This document shows positions 1-8,215 of a stretch of DNA of 26,018 nucleotides, one piece after another. The translations under genes were made by a program, and so were the position numbers. Within the stretch, counting starts at the first letter, position 1. Every line of letters begins with the position of its first letter. This DNA is from Candidatus Hydrothermarchaeales archaeon (GTDB lineage: Archaea; Hydrothermarchaeota; Hydrothermarchaeia; Hydrothermarchaeales; JAZGAD01), in assembly GCA_036444275.1 (NCBI GenBank), contig JAZGAD010000044.1, forward strand, positions 1-26,018, given 5' to 3'. The notes under the pieces were generated by a model that saw nothing but the letters and a program-made list of their open reading frames with translations, did no database searches and had not been told where the DNA came from.

Positions 1-2344
1 AAACCCACTCCAACCTAAAACGATGCTCAGCTACCCCCTTCTCATCCATCATCTTCCGTATCCGCTTCTCCCTCCGAGTCATGAACTTATTACCAGATAT
101 GTAGTGACAGTCACCCTCATGGCAGCCGGCGACAAGCACCATGCCAGCTCCCTTGTCAAACGCATGCTCAATGAACTTCTCACTAATCCTGCCCGTACAC
201 ATCACCCGTAGCACACGAGCATTCGTGGGATACTGCATCCTACTCACACCAGCATTATCAGCACCGCCATAGCTGCACCAGTTGCAAAGCATAGCAAGTA
301 TCTTCTCACCAGCATTCTCCTCCAAGGCAGCGTCTATCTGCGAGATAATCTGCAGGTCAGTAAAGTGCTTCATCTCAATCGCCTCGTCCCTGCACTCAGC
401 AGCACAAGTGCCGCAGCCCTTGCAGAGTGCCTGCGTCAACTTAGCTATCTTCTTCCTAGGCTTCCCCTTAGCATTCTCAGCCTTCTGACCATCAAGCTCC
501 ACTAATTCCCACGCACCATAGGCACACGCCTTCGTACACCTACCGCAGCCAGTGCACATCTCAGGGAAGTGATAAGCGATATCCCCGCCCAAAGTGATCT
601 CACCAGCAGTAACCAAGTTCGCAGATGCCATCGCAGTACCGCGTGCCTGAACAACAGAATTGGGTATATCCTTGGGTCCCTGACACGCACCAGCAAGAAA
701 CACACCATCAGTAGCCGTATCCACGGGCGCAAGCTTTGGATGCTTCTCCAGGAAGAATCCCTCAGCGCTCCTGGAAATATTGAAGGTCTGCCCAACCTCA
801 ACTGCGTCCTCCTTGGGCAGCATGCCCGTGCTCAGTATCACCATGTCCAATTCAATGTCGTCAACCGTACCAGCCAGTGAGTTCTCCACCGTAACGACAA
901 GGTTCTTGGTCTCAGGGTCCTCCCGTATCTCCCCTGGTTTGCCTCTAATGAATTTTATGCCTGCATTCCTAGCCCGCGTGTAAAGCTCCTCAAAGCCCTT
1001 TCCAGTGGCACGTATGTCTATGTAAAAAACGTAGATATCGTCCTCTGGGTGCTTCTCCTTCATCATGCTCGCCTGCTTCAAGGTATACATGCAGCACACC
1101 CCACCTGAGCAGTAGCTTTCCTGACCTCGATCCCTAGTACCGATGCAGAGAATGTAGCCGTACTTCTTAGGCTCTTTTCCATCGCTCGGGCGTATAACAT
1201 GGCCCAGCGTAGGCCCTGAAGCATTCATGAGCCGCTCCATCTCCATGCCTGTTATAACATTGGGATAGTCCAGGTAATGATAGTCGTTTCTGGCGCTTGG
1301 ATGATAGGCATTAAAGCCGGTAGCGAGTATAACAGCCCCGACCTCAAGCTCGAACTCCTCTGGTTCATCTTCATGCCTTATGGCGTTGGGCCCGCAGACG
1401 AGATCGCAGAGCCCGCAGTTTGTGCAGTGCTCCTTGTCGATCGTAGCTTTGTTAGGCACGGCTTGAGGGAAAGGACGATATGCTGCACCACGAGTACCCA
1501 ATCCCATGTCGAACTCACCTGGAACCTTAACCGGGCAGACCTCAAAACACAGGCCGCAGCCGTTGCAGGCGTCGGTATCGATGTACCTGGGATTCTTCAC
1601 AATCTTTACCTTGAAGTTGCCCACGTAGCCCTCCACTTCCTTTACCTCTGCGTAGGTGAGAAGCGTTATATTCTCGTGCTTGCCCACATCGCTCATCATC
1701 GGGCCTTGAATGCAGATTGAGCAGTCCATCGTGGGAAAGGTCTTGTCCAGCTGCGCCATCACGCCGCCTATGCTGGGCTGCCTCTCCACAAGCACGACCT
1801 CATGCCCCTGGTTTGCGAGATCCAAAGATGCCTGCATACCGGCGATGCCAGCGCCTACGACCAATACACGCTTGGTGACCGGAACCTTTGTGGTCGGAAG
1901 CGGCTCTATGAGCCTAGCCTTAGCAACAGCCATCCTAACTAGATCCTTAGCCTTCTCAGTCGCCTTCTCAGGCTCGCGGACATGAACCCAGGAACAGTGC
2001 TCCCGTATGTTGGCCATCTCGAATTGATACGGGTTGAGTCCAGCAGCCATAATGGTTCTCCTGAACGTCGGCTCATGAAGCCTGGGCGAACAGGACGCAA
2101 CGACAATCCTATTCAGGTTATGCTTCTTGATATCCTCCTGTATCTGGGCTTGCGTATTATCAGAACAAGTGTAATTGTCAGACTTCGAGAGAACGACATT
2201 ATCAAGCTTCCCGATATATTCAGCGACTCCATCGCAGTCTACAACAGCACCTATATTCAAGCCGCACTTGCATACATAAACGCCTATCCTCGGCTCCTGC
2301 TTTGACTTTGAGGCTTCAACAGTCTTCTCAGTTGCTTTCGCCAT
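1..2344 (-). CDS. hdrA: Heterodisulfide reductase subunit A fused to a C-terminal MvhD domain (HdrA-MvhD); 3' end truncated by the window edge
   Basis: Not in the ORF track because there is no stop in the window. Manual translation from ATG 2344 is open for 781 codons: EPRIGVYVCKCGLNI (N-terminal cluster), VGAGIAG (FAD), DKTFPTMDCSIC, inserted ferredoxin CNGCGLCFEVCP / CTNCGLCDLVC, CIGTRD...YCSGGVCC, GACQGPKDIP, C-terminal ferredoxin CTGCGRCTKAC / CKGCGTCAAEC, then MvhD motifs CNWCSYGGAD, VMCTGR, GCHEGDCHY. Confidence 0.95.
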   Translation of the reverse strand, partial: MAKATEKTVEASKSKQEPRIGVYVCKCGLNIGAVVDCDGVAEYIGKLDNVVLSKSDNYTCSDNTQAQIQEDIKKHNLNRIVVASCSPRLHEPTFRRTIMAAGLNPYQFEMANIREHCSWVHVREPEKATEKAKDLVRMAVAKARLIEPLPTTKVPVTKRVLVVGAGIAGMQASLDLANQGHEVVLVERQPSIGGVMAQLDKTFPTMDCSICIQGPMMSDVGKHENITLLTYAEVKEVEGYVGNFKVKIVKNPRYIDTDACNGCGLCFEVCPVKVPGEFDMGLGTRGAAYRPFPQAVPNKATIDKEHCTNCGLCDLVCGPNAIRHEDEPEEFELEVGAVILATGFNAYHPSARNDYHYLDYPNVITGMEMERLMNASGPTLGHVIRPSDGKEPKKYGYILCIGTRDRGQESYCSGGVCCMYTLKQASMMKEKHPEDDIYVFYIDIRATGKGFEELYTRARNAGIKFIRGKPGEIREDPETKNLVVTVENSLAGTVDDIELDMVILSTGMLPKEDAVEVGQTFNISRSAEGFFLEKHPKLAPVDTATDGVFLAGACQGPKDIPNSVVQARGTAMASANLVTAGEITLGGDIAYHFPEMCTGCGRCTKACAYGAWELVELDGQKAENAKGKPRKKIAKLTQALCKGCGTCAAECRDEAIEMKHFTDLQIISQIDAALEENAGEKILAMLCNWCSYGGADNAGVSRMQYPTNARVLRVMCTGRISEKFIEHAFDKGAGMVLVAGCHEGDCHYISGNKFMTRREKRIRKMMDEKGVAEHRFRLEWV
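1914..2023. repeat. 110-bp near-identical segment, copy 1, inside hdrA-mvhD
   Basis: Ungapped manual alignment with 4095-4204 gives 102/110 identity. Confidence 0.85.
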
Positions 2345-2345
2345 C

Positions 2346-2819
2346 TTACTGCTCCTGCTCCTGAACTGGATTTACTTCAACTTCTTTTGATTCTGATTTT
2401 GATTTTGTATTCTCAATTGGATTTGGGCCCATCTTTTTCAAGGTCTCTATGAATTCCGTGACGCATTCCACGAATAATCCGCCTTCGCTCGCAGAGACCC
2501 AGTGAAGATGCAGTCTCTCAGGTTCTAGACCAACTGCTTCCAATAGGCGCTTGGTCATCTCGACGCGCTTCTCAGCCTTGAGGTTTCCCTCGACGTACTG
2601 GCAGTCGCCTGGATGGCATCCAAGTACAAGTACGCCGTCAGCCCCTTTCTCGAATGCCCGGAGTATGAAGCCGGGATCAAGCCTGCCTGAGCACATGGTG
2701 CGAATTACCCTTATGTTAGTGGGATACTGCATCCTGCTCACGCCCGCGAGGTCAGCTCCAGCGTAGGCGCACCAGTTGCATGCGAACACCAGTACTTTGG
2801 GCTCGTATTCCAATTTCAT
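2346..2819 (-). CDS. mvhD: Hydrogenase iron-sulfur subunit MvhD ([2Fe-2S] adaptor of HdrA)
   Basis: CNWCAYAGADLAG, MCSGR, GCHPGDCQY and WVSASEG motifs; ATGA overlap with the upstream hdrA. Confidence 0.95.
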   Translation of the reverse strand: MKLEYEPKVLVFACNWCAYAGADLAGVSRMQYPTNIRVIRTMCSGRLDPGFILRAFEKGADGVLVLGCHPGDCQYVEGNLKAEKRVEMTKRLLEAVGLEPERLHLHWVSASEGGLFVECVTEFIETLKKMGPNPIENTKSKSESKEVEVNPVQEQEQ

Positions 2820-5806
2820 GCCTCCAACAATTCATCTATCATGGCAACGATCTGCGCACTGGCGAACTGCCTCGGGGTTATAGCTCCATTCGGACAGACA
2901 GCTGCACATGCACCACAGCCCTTGCACATAGCTGGATTCACACGTGATTTGAACTCTCCAGCCTCGTTTTCTTCAAGGGTTATCGCATTGAAGACGCATG
3001 TTTCTACGCACCTGCCGCAGCCGATGCATAAATCTTCAGCTACAATCGCAGTATTAGCTTCTGTTTCCATGATCTCTTTAGAGAGCAGGGCACATACCCT
3101 GGCTGCTGCCCCAGAGGCCTGCGCTATAGCATGACTGAGCTCTTTCGGGCCCTGTGCCTTTCCGCAGAGGTATATCCCATCAGAGGTGAACTCAAGCGGC
3201 CTAAGCTTTGGATGCGCCTCCATGAAGAAGCCGTCAGGGCTCGTTGGAACGCGCAGTATCTTCTGAAGGTCTTTTATACCCTCGGGCGGTATCTGCGGCG
3301 TTGAGAGCACCAGCGTATCAGCCTCTATCACCAGCTCCTTACCAAGCAGGGAATCAAGAACTTTTACTCTGTACTTACCATCATCTTTTTCAACTTCAGG
3401 CAGGGAATCAAGCGAGTATCTGATATACTTCACTCCCATCTCTTTGGAGTCCTTGTAGTCCAGCTCGTACATCCCGAAGGTCATCATGTCGCGGTAGAGC
3501 ACGTATACATTGGAATCAGGGCGCCGTTCCTTTAGGACCATGGCATTCTTCACAGCGTCTGCACAGCACGAGCGAGAGCAGTAGGGGCGCTCCTCGTTCC
3601 TGGCGCCCACGCACTGGATCATCACGACATCCTTGTATTCGAAATTATTATTCAATTTATCCTCCAGCTCTTCTTGAGTCATGACATTCTCATCGCCGTA
3701 ATGATAGACAGTAGGCTTGAGCTCCCTGCTCCCAGTAGCCACCAGTATGGCTCCTGACTTTACCGTTGTTTTACTACCATCATGGTTTATCTGGGCCTCG
3801 AAATTCCCGGTGTAGCCCTTGAGCTCATCTACAACAGAATTCAAGAATACCTCTATAGACGGATGCTCCTCGACAGCTTTCCTCATCGGCTCCACGAGCT
3901 CCTCAGATGATTTCCCGAGAAGCGAATACCTATGGTTAGCCGATCCACCGAGCTGCGCTTCTTTTTCCACGAGCTTTACATCAAATCCCTGGTCAGCTAT
4001 ATCCAAAGCAGCACGCATGCCTGCGATGCCCCCTCCTATGACAAGTGCGTTCGGCAGGACAGGTGACCTGCCCTTCTTCTCAGGGGTAAGCAATCTAGCC
4101 TTAGCAACAGCCATCCTCACTAGATCCTTAGCCTTCTCAGTCGCCTTTTCAGGCTCATGTATATGCACCCAGGAGCAGTGCTCCCGTATGTTGGCCATCT
4201 CGAAGAGATAGGGATTAAGCCCTGCCTCCTGGCAAGTATGCCTGAAGAGCGGTGCCAGGCCGCGGGGCGTGCACGCAGCTATCACCACGCGGTTCAAGTC
4301 GTGGCTGCGAATCGCCTCAGTTATATCCTTCTGGTTGTCAGTCGAACATGTATACACTAGACTGGTAGCATAGGCGACATTATCAAGGGTCTTAGCATAT
4401 TCAGCTACGCTGTGCACGTCAACGACGCTTGCTATATTCAAGCCACAGTGGCAGATGAAAACGCCTACACGCGGCTCAGCACCTTCAACCTTCTTTTCCT
4501 TTGGGAACTCCTGGACCTCTAGCAGGCTCTTCCTGGATTCTTTTAACAGTGCCTCTGCCTTTGACGCCGCTCCAGATGCCTGGGAAACCGAATCAGGTAT
4601 ATCTTTAGGTCCCTGGCAGGTTCCGTTGATGTATATCCCGGGCCTAAGCGTATCGAAGGGCTCCTCCTCTGTCAATTCCTCAAAGTACCCGAATTCATCT
4701 ACAGCTATGCCGAGTATTTTAGACAAAGCTTCTGCACCTGACGCCGGCTTAAGTGCAGCCGCAAGCACCACTATGTCGACTTCAAGGCTCGTCTGCTCGC
4801 CCTTCTCGGTATCCTCGTAGTGTATCACTAGATTGTTGTTCTCCCCTTCCTCGATGAGCGCCGGCCTTCCCCTGATGTACTTCACGCCGTGCGCATCCTT
4901 TGCCTTGTCCACATATTCCTGGAATCCCTTGCCGAAGCTCCTCATATCCATGTAAAGGATCGTCGACTTCAACTCGGAGTCATGTTCATGTGCGACTGTA
5001 GCCTGCTTTGTTGAGACCATGCAGCAGACCCGAGAACAGTAGGGATAATAATTCACGTTCCTCGAGCCGACGCACTGAATGAATGCTATGTGTCTAGCTT
5101 TCTCTCCATCGCTCGGGCGTATGACATGTCCGCCTGTAGGCCCGCTGGGTGAAAGCAGGCGCTCGAACTGCATGTTGGTAATCACGTTCTTGTGCCTTCC
5201 ATAGCCGTACTCTTCCATAGCAGTTGGGTCAAAGAGCTCGTAGCCGGTTGAGACAATTATCGCACCGACATTCAGGACTACTTCCTCGCCCTGGTCATCA
5301 AGGTTTACGGCGTTGGGCAGGCATACCATCTGGCACTTGCCGCAGTTTATGCAGTGCTCCTTGTTTATGTAGTACTGAAGCGGTACAGCCTGCGGGAACG
5401 GTATGGAGATTGCACTTACAGCCCCGATTCCAGCGTCATGGTAGTTGGGCACTTTAACAGGACACACTTCTGAGCACCAGCCGCAGCCGTTGCAGTCGTC
5501 GGTGACATACCTCGGCTTTTTCCGCACAGTCACCTCGAAATTACCTGCCTCGCCGGTTACAGACACTACCTCTGAGACGGTGATCTTCTCTATGTCAGGA
5601 TTTCTTCCCACACCCACCATCTTGGGCGCTATCGTGCACATGGCGCAGTCACCCGTCGGAAAAGTCTTGTCGAGCTTTATCATGTTGCCGCCTATGCTGG
5701 GCGCCCTCTCAACTAGGTAGACCTTGTAGCCTGACTCAGCGAGATCCAGGGAAGCCTGCATACCGGCGATGCCAGCGCCTACAACAAGAACAGAACCAAC
5801 AGTCAT
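2816..5806 (-). CDS. hdrA: Large HdrA-family flavoprotein (996 aa) with two FAD-binding cores
   Basis: Starts directly with GAGIAG, followed by DKTFPTGDCAMC, a 2x[4Fe-4S] insert and CVGSR..YCSRVCC. Then an internal HdrA N-domain (EPRVGVFICHCG), a second GGGIAG, CVGAR..YCSRSCC, and a C-terminal 2x[4Fe-4S] ferredoxin. SD AGGAGA upstream. Confidence 0.93.
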   Translation of the reverse strand: MTVGSVLVVGAGIAGMQASLDLAESGYKVYLVERAPSIGGNMIKLDKTFPTGDCAMCTIAPKMVGVGRNPDIEKITVSEVVSVTGEAGNFEVTVRKKPRYVTDDCNGCGWCSEVCPVKVPNYHDAGIGAVSAISIPFPQAVPLQYYINKEHCINCGKCQMVCLPNAVNLDDQGEEVVLNVGAIIVSTGYELFDPTAMEEYGYGRHKNVITNMQFERLLSPSGPTGGHVIRPSDGEKARHIAFIQCVGSRNVNYYPYCSRVCCMVSTKQATVAHEHDSELKSTILYMDMRSFGKGFQEYVDKAKDAHGVKYIRGRPALIEEGENNNLVIHYEDTEKGEQTSLEVDIVVLAAALKPASGAEALSKILGIAVDEFGYFEELTEEEPFDTLRPGIYINGTCQGPKDIPDSVSQASGAASKAEALLKESRKSLLEVQEFPKEKKVEGAEPRVGVFICHCGLNIASVVDVHSVAEYAKTLDNVAYATSLVYTCSTDNQKDITEAIRSHDLNRVVIAACTPRGLAPLFRHTCQEAGLNPYLFEMANIREHCSWVHIHEPEKATEKAKDLVRMAVAKARLLTPEKKGRSPVLPNALVIGGGIAGMRAALDIADQGFDVKLVEKEAQLGGSANHRYSLLGKSSEELVEPMRKAVEEHPSIEVFLNSVVDELKGYTGNFEAQINHDGSKTTVKSGAILVATGSRELKPTVYHYGDENVMTQEELEDKLNNNFEYKDVVMIQCVGARNEERPYCSRSCCADAVKNAMVLKERRPDSNVYVLYRDMMTFGMYELDYKDSKEMGVKYIRYSLDSLPEVEKDDGKYRVKVLDSLLGKELVIEADTLVLSTPQIPPEGIKDLQKILRVPTSPDGFFMEAHPKLRPLEFTSDGIYLCGKAQGPKELSHAIAQASGAAARVCALLSKEIMETEANTAIVAEDLCIGCGRCVETCVFNAITLEENEAGEFKSRVNPAMCKGCGACAAVCPNGAITPRQFASAQIVAMIDELLEA
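4095..4204. repeat. 110-bp near-identical segment, copy 2, inside the large hdrA
   Basis: Matches 1914-2023 at 102/110 nt. Confidence 0.85.
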
Positions 5807-5825
5807 TTTTTATCTCCTTATGTCG

Positions 5826-6962
5826 TCAGGTGTATTCGGGGACGTAGCTCCCTTTCTCCTCCCTCGCCTGCCTGGTTGAATCCCGCTTCTTGTCTTTGGA
5901 TGAACCTGTCTTCTTTATCCCCTCTGGATCGACATCCTCGGATACCTGGATGTATCCCTTTTTCTGGGCCGTCTCCAATAGTTCGAGTCCCTTCTTGCTT
6001 CTAACAACGACTGTGCTCCAGCCCTCTTTGCTTCCGACCGAGCCGACCGATATATCCGAAAAGGTTGCAGTAAAGTCGTCGCACAGCTTGCAGCATTCAG
6101 GCACGATGTCGTTAAACACTTTCACCGGCTTGACGAGCTCTTTTCCATCCTTCTTGGTGACTATGATCTTCCCACTGGTTATGTCGGTCTTCACCACGTC
6201 AGCCATTTTGACGCCGAACTCTGATTCAAGTTTCTCCTTCAGCTTGCTGTAGGGGAAGTTCTCATAGCAGAACAGGCCTATGAGCAAAGTGTTAATCGGC
6301 GACTCTGATTCCTTTGTTTTTTCAATTGCATCCTTCAACAGGTTAACGTGAAGCTTTCTGGCACCTGCGATTTGGCATCCGGTTCCTACCAGTGCGAGCC
6401 TCCTGTGGTTCTTCAGGTTCACCCCGAATGTTGCAGGTGTAGTGGCACGGGCATACTTGGTGCCGCTGGCCTTCACCAAATCGTCTTTCTTTCCAGCTAC
6501 CTCTGGCTCAGGATCCCACTCGGCGCTCCTCTTGGCCACAGCTCCACCTGCTACAAGGCCAGTTTCCACGGCGCATTGAAGTAGGGCCGTAACCGCTCCT
6601 CCATCCTGCCCGGCTTTCGCTACCCCCTTATCTTTTGCCTTGACTGCCACTATCTTCTCGTAGTAGCCGAGCACAGGATCACTTCTCGTGCCTCCGAAGA
6701 CCTCTTCCTCCAGCTGCGCTCTAGAGAACGATACCATGGGGCAGTTGTCATAGCAAGCGCCCTCGTCGCTGCACTTAATCGATCCCTTAGTTAGGGTACA
6801 ATCTTTCACGAGTTTAGCCCCATCCTCGTCTACCTCTATCTCGCTGCAGAAAGCGGCGCATACACCGCAGCCAGCGCATAGCTCCTGGTCTATTACGAAT
6901 TTCTTCAAGCCCTCGAATCCAAGGCTCTTCTTCATCAGCGGCACAAATGTCTCAGCATCCAT
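5826..6962 (-). CDS. Coenzyme F420 hydrogenase/dehydrogenase beta-subunit family protein (FrhB/FpoF-like) with N-terminal ferredoxin
   Basis: CAGCGVCAAFC and CYDNCP ferredoxin motifs; GQDGGAVTALL, ASGTKY, VGTGCQ, GLFCYENF and CKLCDDFTATFSDISVGSVGS..GWSTVVVRS are typical of the FrhB family. SD GAGGTG upstream. Confidence 0.92.
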   Translation of the reverse strand: MDAETFVPLMKKSLGFEGLKKFVIDQELCAGCGVCAAFCSEIEVDEDGAKLVKDCTLTKGSIKCSDEGACYDNCPMVSFSRAQLEEEVFGGTRSDPVLGYYEKIVAVKAKDKGVAKAGQDGGAVTALLQCAVETGLVAGGAVAKRSAEWDPEPEVAGKKDDLVKASGTKYARATTPATFGVNLKNHRRLALVGTGCQIAGARKLHVNLLKDAIEKTKESESPINTLLIGLFCYENFPYSKLKEKLESEFGVKMADVVKTDITSGKIIVTKKDGKELVKPVKVFNDIVPECCKLCDDFTATFSDISVGSVGSKEGWSTVVVRSKKGLELLETAQKKGYIQVSEDVDPEGIKKTGSSKDKKRDSTRQAREEKGSYVPEYT

Positions 6963-6973
6963 TCAATTACACC

Positions 6974-8110
6974 TCACTTTAGGTTCCTCGCCAGGGCGGT
7001 CGATAGATCCATAATTTCGATTGGATATTCTCTTCCCTTCTGTGCTTCTGAGCCGTCCCTCTGGAGGCACTTCAAATGTATCTGGCACTTCATACAGGGC
7101 GTAATCATCAATTCTGCGCCTGTAGCTACTGCATCCTTCATTTTACGCCTCCTTATCTCCTTGTTCTCGTCATCGCAGTTTACGAACTGGGGCACGCCAC
7201 AGCATATGGATTCGCTCTTGTTGTTGCTCATCTCCTTTATATCATAACCGAAGCTCTTCAACAACTCCCGGGGAGCATCGTATACCCCCATATACCTTCC
7301 GAGCCTGCAGGAATCATGATAAGTTACAGTCTTATTTTCACTCTTATTTATCCCTACTTCAAGCTGATCTGACTTCTCAACTAGGAATTCGGATATGTGT
7401 TTTACATTCAGCTCTATCCCACGTTCTTTATAGTCCACTGCTAAAGTGCGGTAGCACTCAGGACAATTGACGACTATGGTTTTGTAACCTTTGAGGAGCT
7501 CTGCGTTCTGCCTTGCAAGCTCATCGAAGGTTTCGCTTTCACCTCTCCACAACTGGTCGTGGCCGCAGCATTTTATCCCGTCTATAACAGCAGGCTCAAC
7601 CCCAGCAGCATTAAGGAGCTTTATAGTGCTGTCCGCTACCTCCATGCCCTCGCTTCCAACGTCATCGCGGAAAACAATGTCCAAGAAGGCAGTGCATCCC
7701 ATGAAGTATAGAACGTCGCTCGCCTCGTCGATCTTCACGTCTTCTGACAGCATGTGCTTGTGCTTGGTCTTCAGCTCTTTGTTCTTCATCAGGCTGTACA
7801 GCGAATGTCCGAAGGTATTATCATGTGCTACCAGAGCATTTATTCCCCTGGCAAGCATCTCCCTCCTGAGCTCCCTTACAAGCTCTGTGAAATCCACTCC
7901 CATTGGACACTTTACCTGGCATTTTCTGCATGTCAGACAGTGCCAGGCATTGCCGGAATCTATAAGCCTTGAAGCGTTGCCGGTTACTACTTCGTACACC
8001 ATCCGCCTCGGCAAAAAGCCCTCTTTAACCCTCGCCTTTGGACATGTACCAGAGCATATAGCGCATTGATTGCATATCTGCGCAAATGTTGCTAGAGATT
8101 CAGATTTCAT
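6974..8110 (-). CDS. HdrD-like Fe-S oxidoreductase (HdrC-like 2x[4Fe-4S] plus two CCG domains)
   Basis: CNQCAICSGTCP and CLTCRKCQVKCP; two complete five-Cys CCG sets (YFMGC..CCG..CPEC and YHDSC..CCG..CMKC). Confidence 0.9.
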   Translation of the reverse strand: MKSESLATFAQICNQCAICSGTCPKARVKEGFLPRRMVYEVVTGNASRLIDSGNAWHCLTCRKCQVKCPMGVDFTELVRELRREMLARGINALVAHDNTFGHSLYSLMKNKELKTKHKHMLSEDVKIDEASDVLYFMGCTAFLDIVFRDDVGSEGMEVADSTIKLLNAAGVEPAVIDGIKCCGHDQLWRGESETFDELARQNAELLKGYKTIVVNCPECYRTLAVDYKERGIELNVKHISEFLVEKSDQLEVGINKSENKTVTYHDSCRLGRYMGVYDAPRELLKSFGYDIKEMSNNKSESICCGVPQFVNCDDENKEIRRRKMKDAVATGAELMITPCMKCQIHLKCLQRDGSEAQKGREYPIEIMDLSTALARNLK

Positions 8111-8124
8111 GGCTCCACGTCCCT

Positions 8125-8151
8125 ATGAAGATATTCATCATTATAAATGAT
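8125..8151 (-). promoter_or_regulatory. Putative promoter of the hdr/frhB operon with overlapping inverted repeats
   Basis: Minus-strand TTTATAA at 8147-8141, about 31-37 nt upstream of ATG 8110, embedded in ATCATT-ATA-AATGAT (8137-8151) and next to ATGAA-GATA-TTCAT (8125-8138). Confidence 0.55.
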
Positions 8152-8189
8152 TACAGAGTTTTGAGGATTATTAACATTAGTAATTTTTT

Positions 8190-8214
8190 AGAGAAGAAGA
8201 GGGTAATACTACCC
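8190..8214 (-). terminator. Possible serA terminator
   Basis: Directly after the serA stop: hairpin GGGTA-GTAT-TACCC followed by the pyrimidine tract TCTTCTTCTCT on the minus strand. Confidence 0.4.
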
Positions 8215-8215
8215 G

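Noticed and set aside
1-5806. Possible selenocysteine recoding in HdrA/MvhD, since the first hdrA is absent from the ORF track
   Set aside because: All expected ligand positions are Cys codons and there is no in-frame TGA. The gene is missing from the track only because it runs off the window.
1-8110. Calling the cluster a class II benzoyl-CoA reductase (Bam) or a Qmo complex
   Set aside because: No BamB-like tungsten enzyme, NuoEFG-like subunits, QmoC membrane subunit or aprAB is visible in the window. The resemblance is architectural only.
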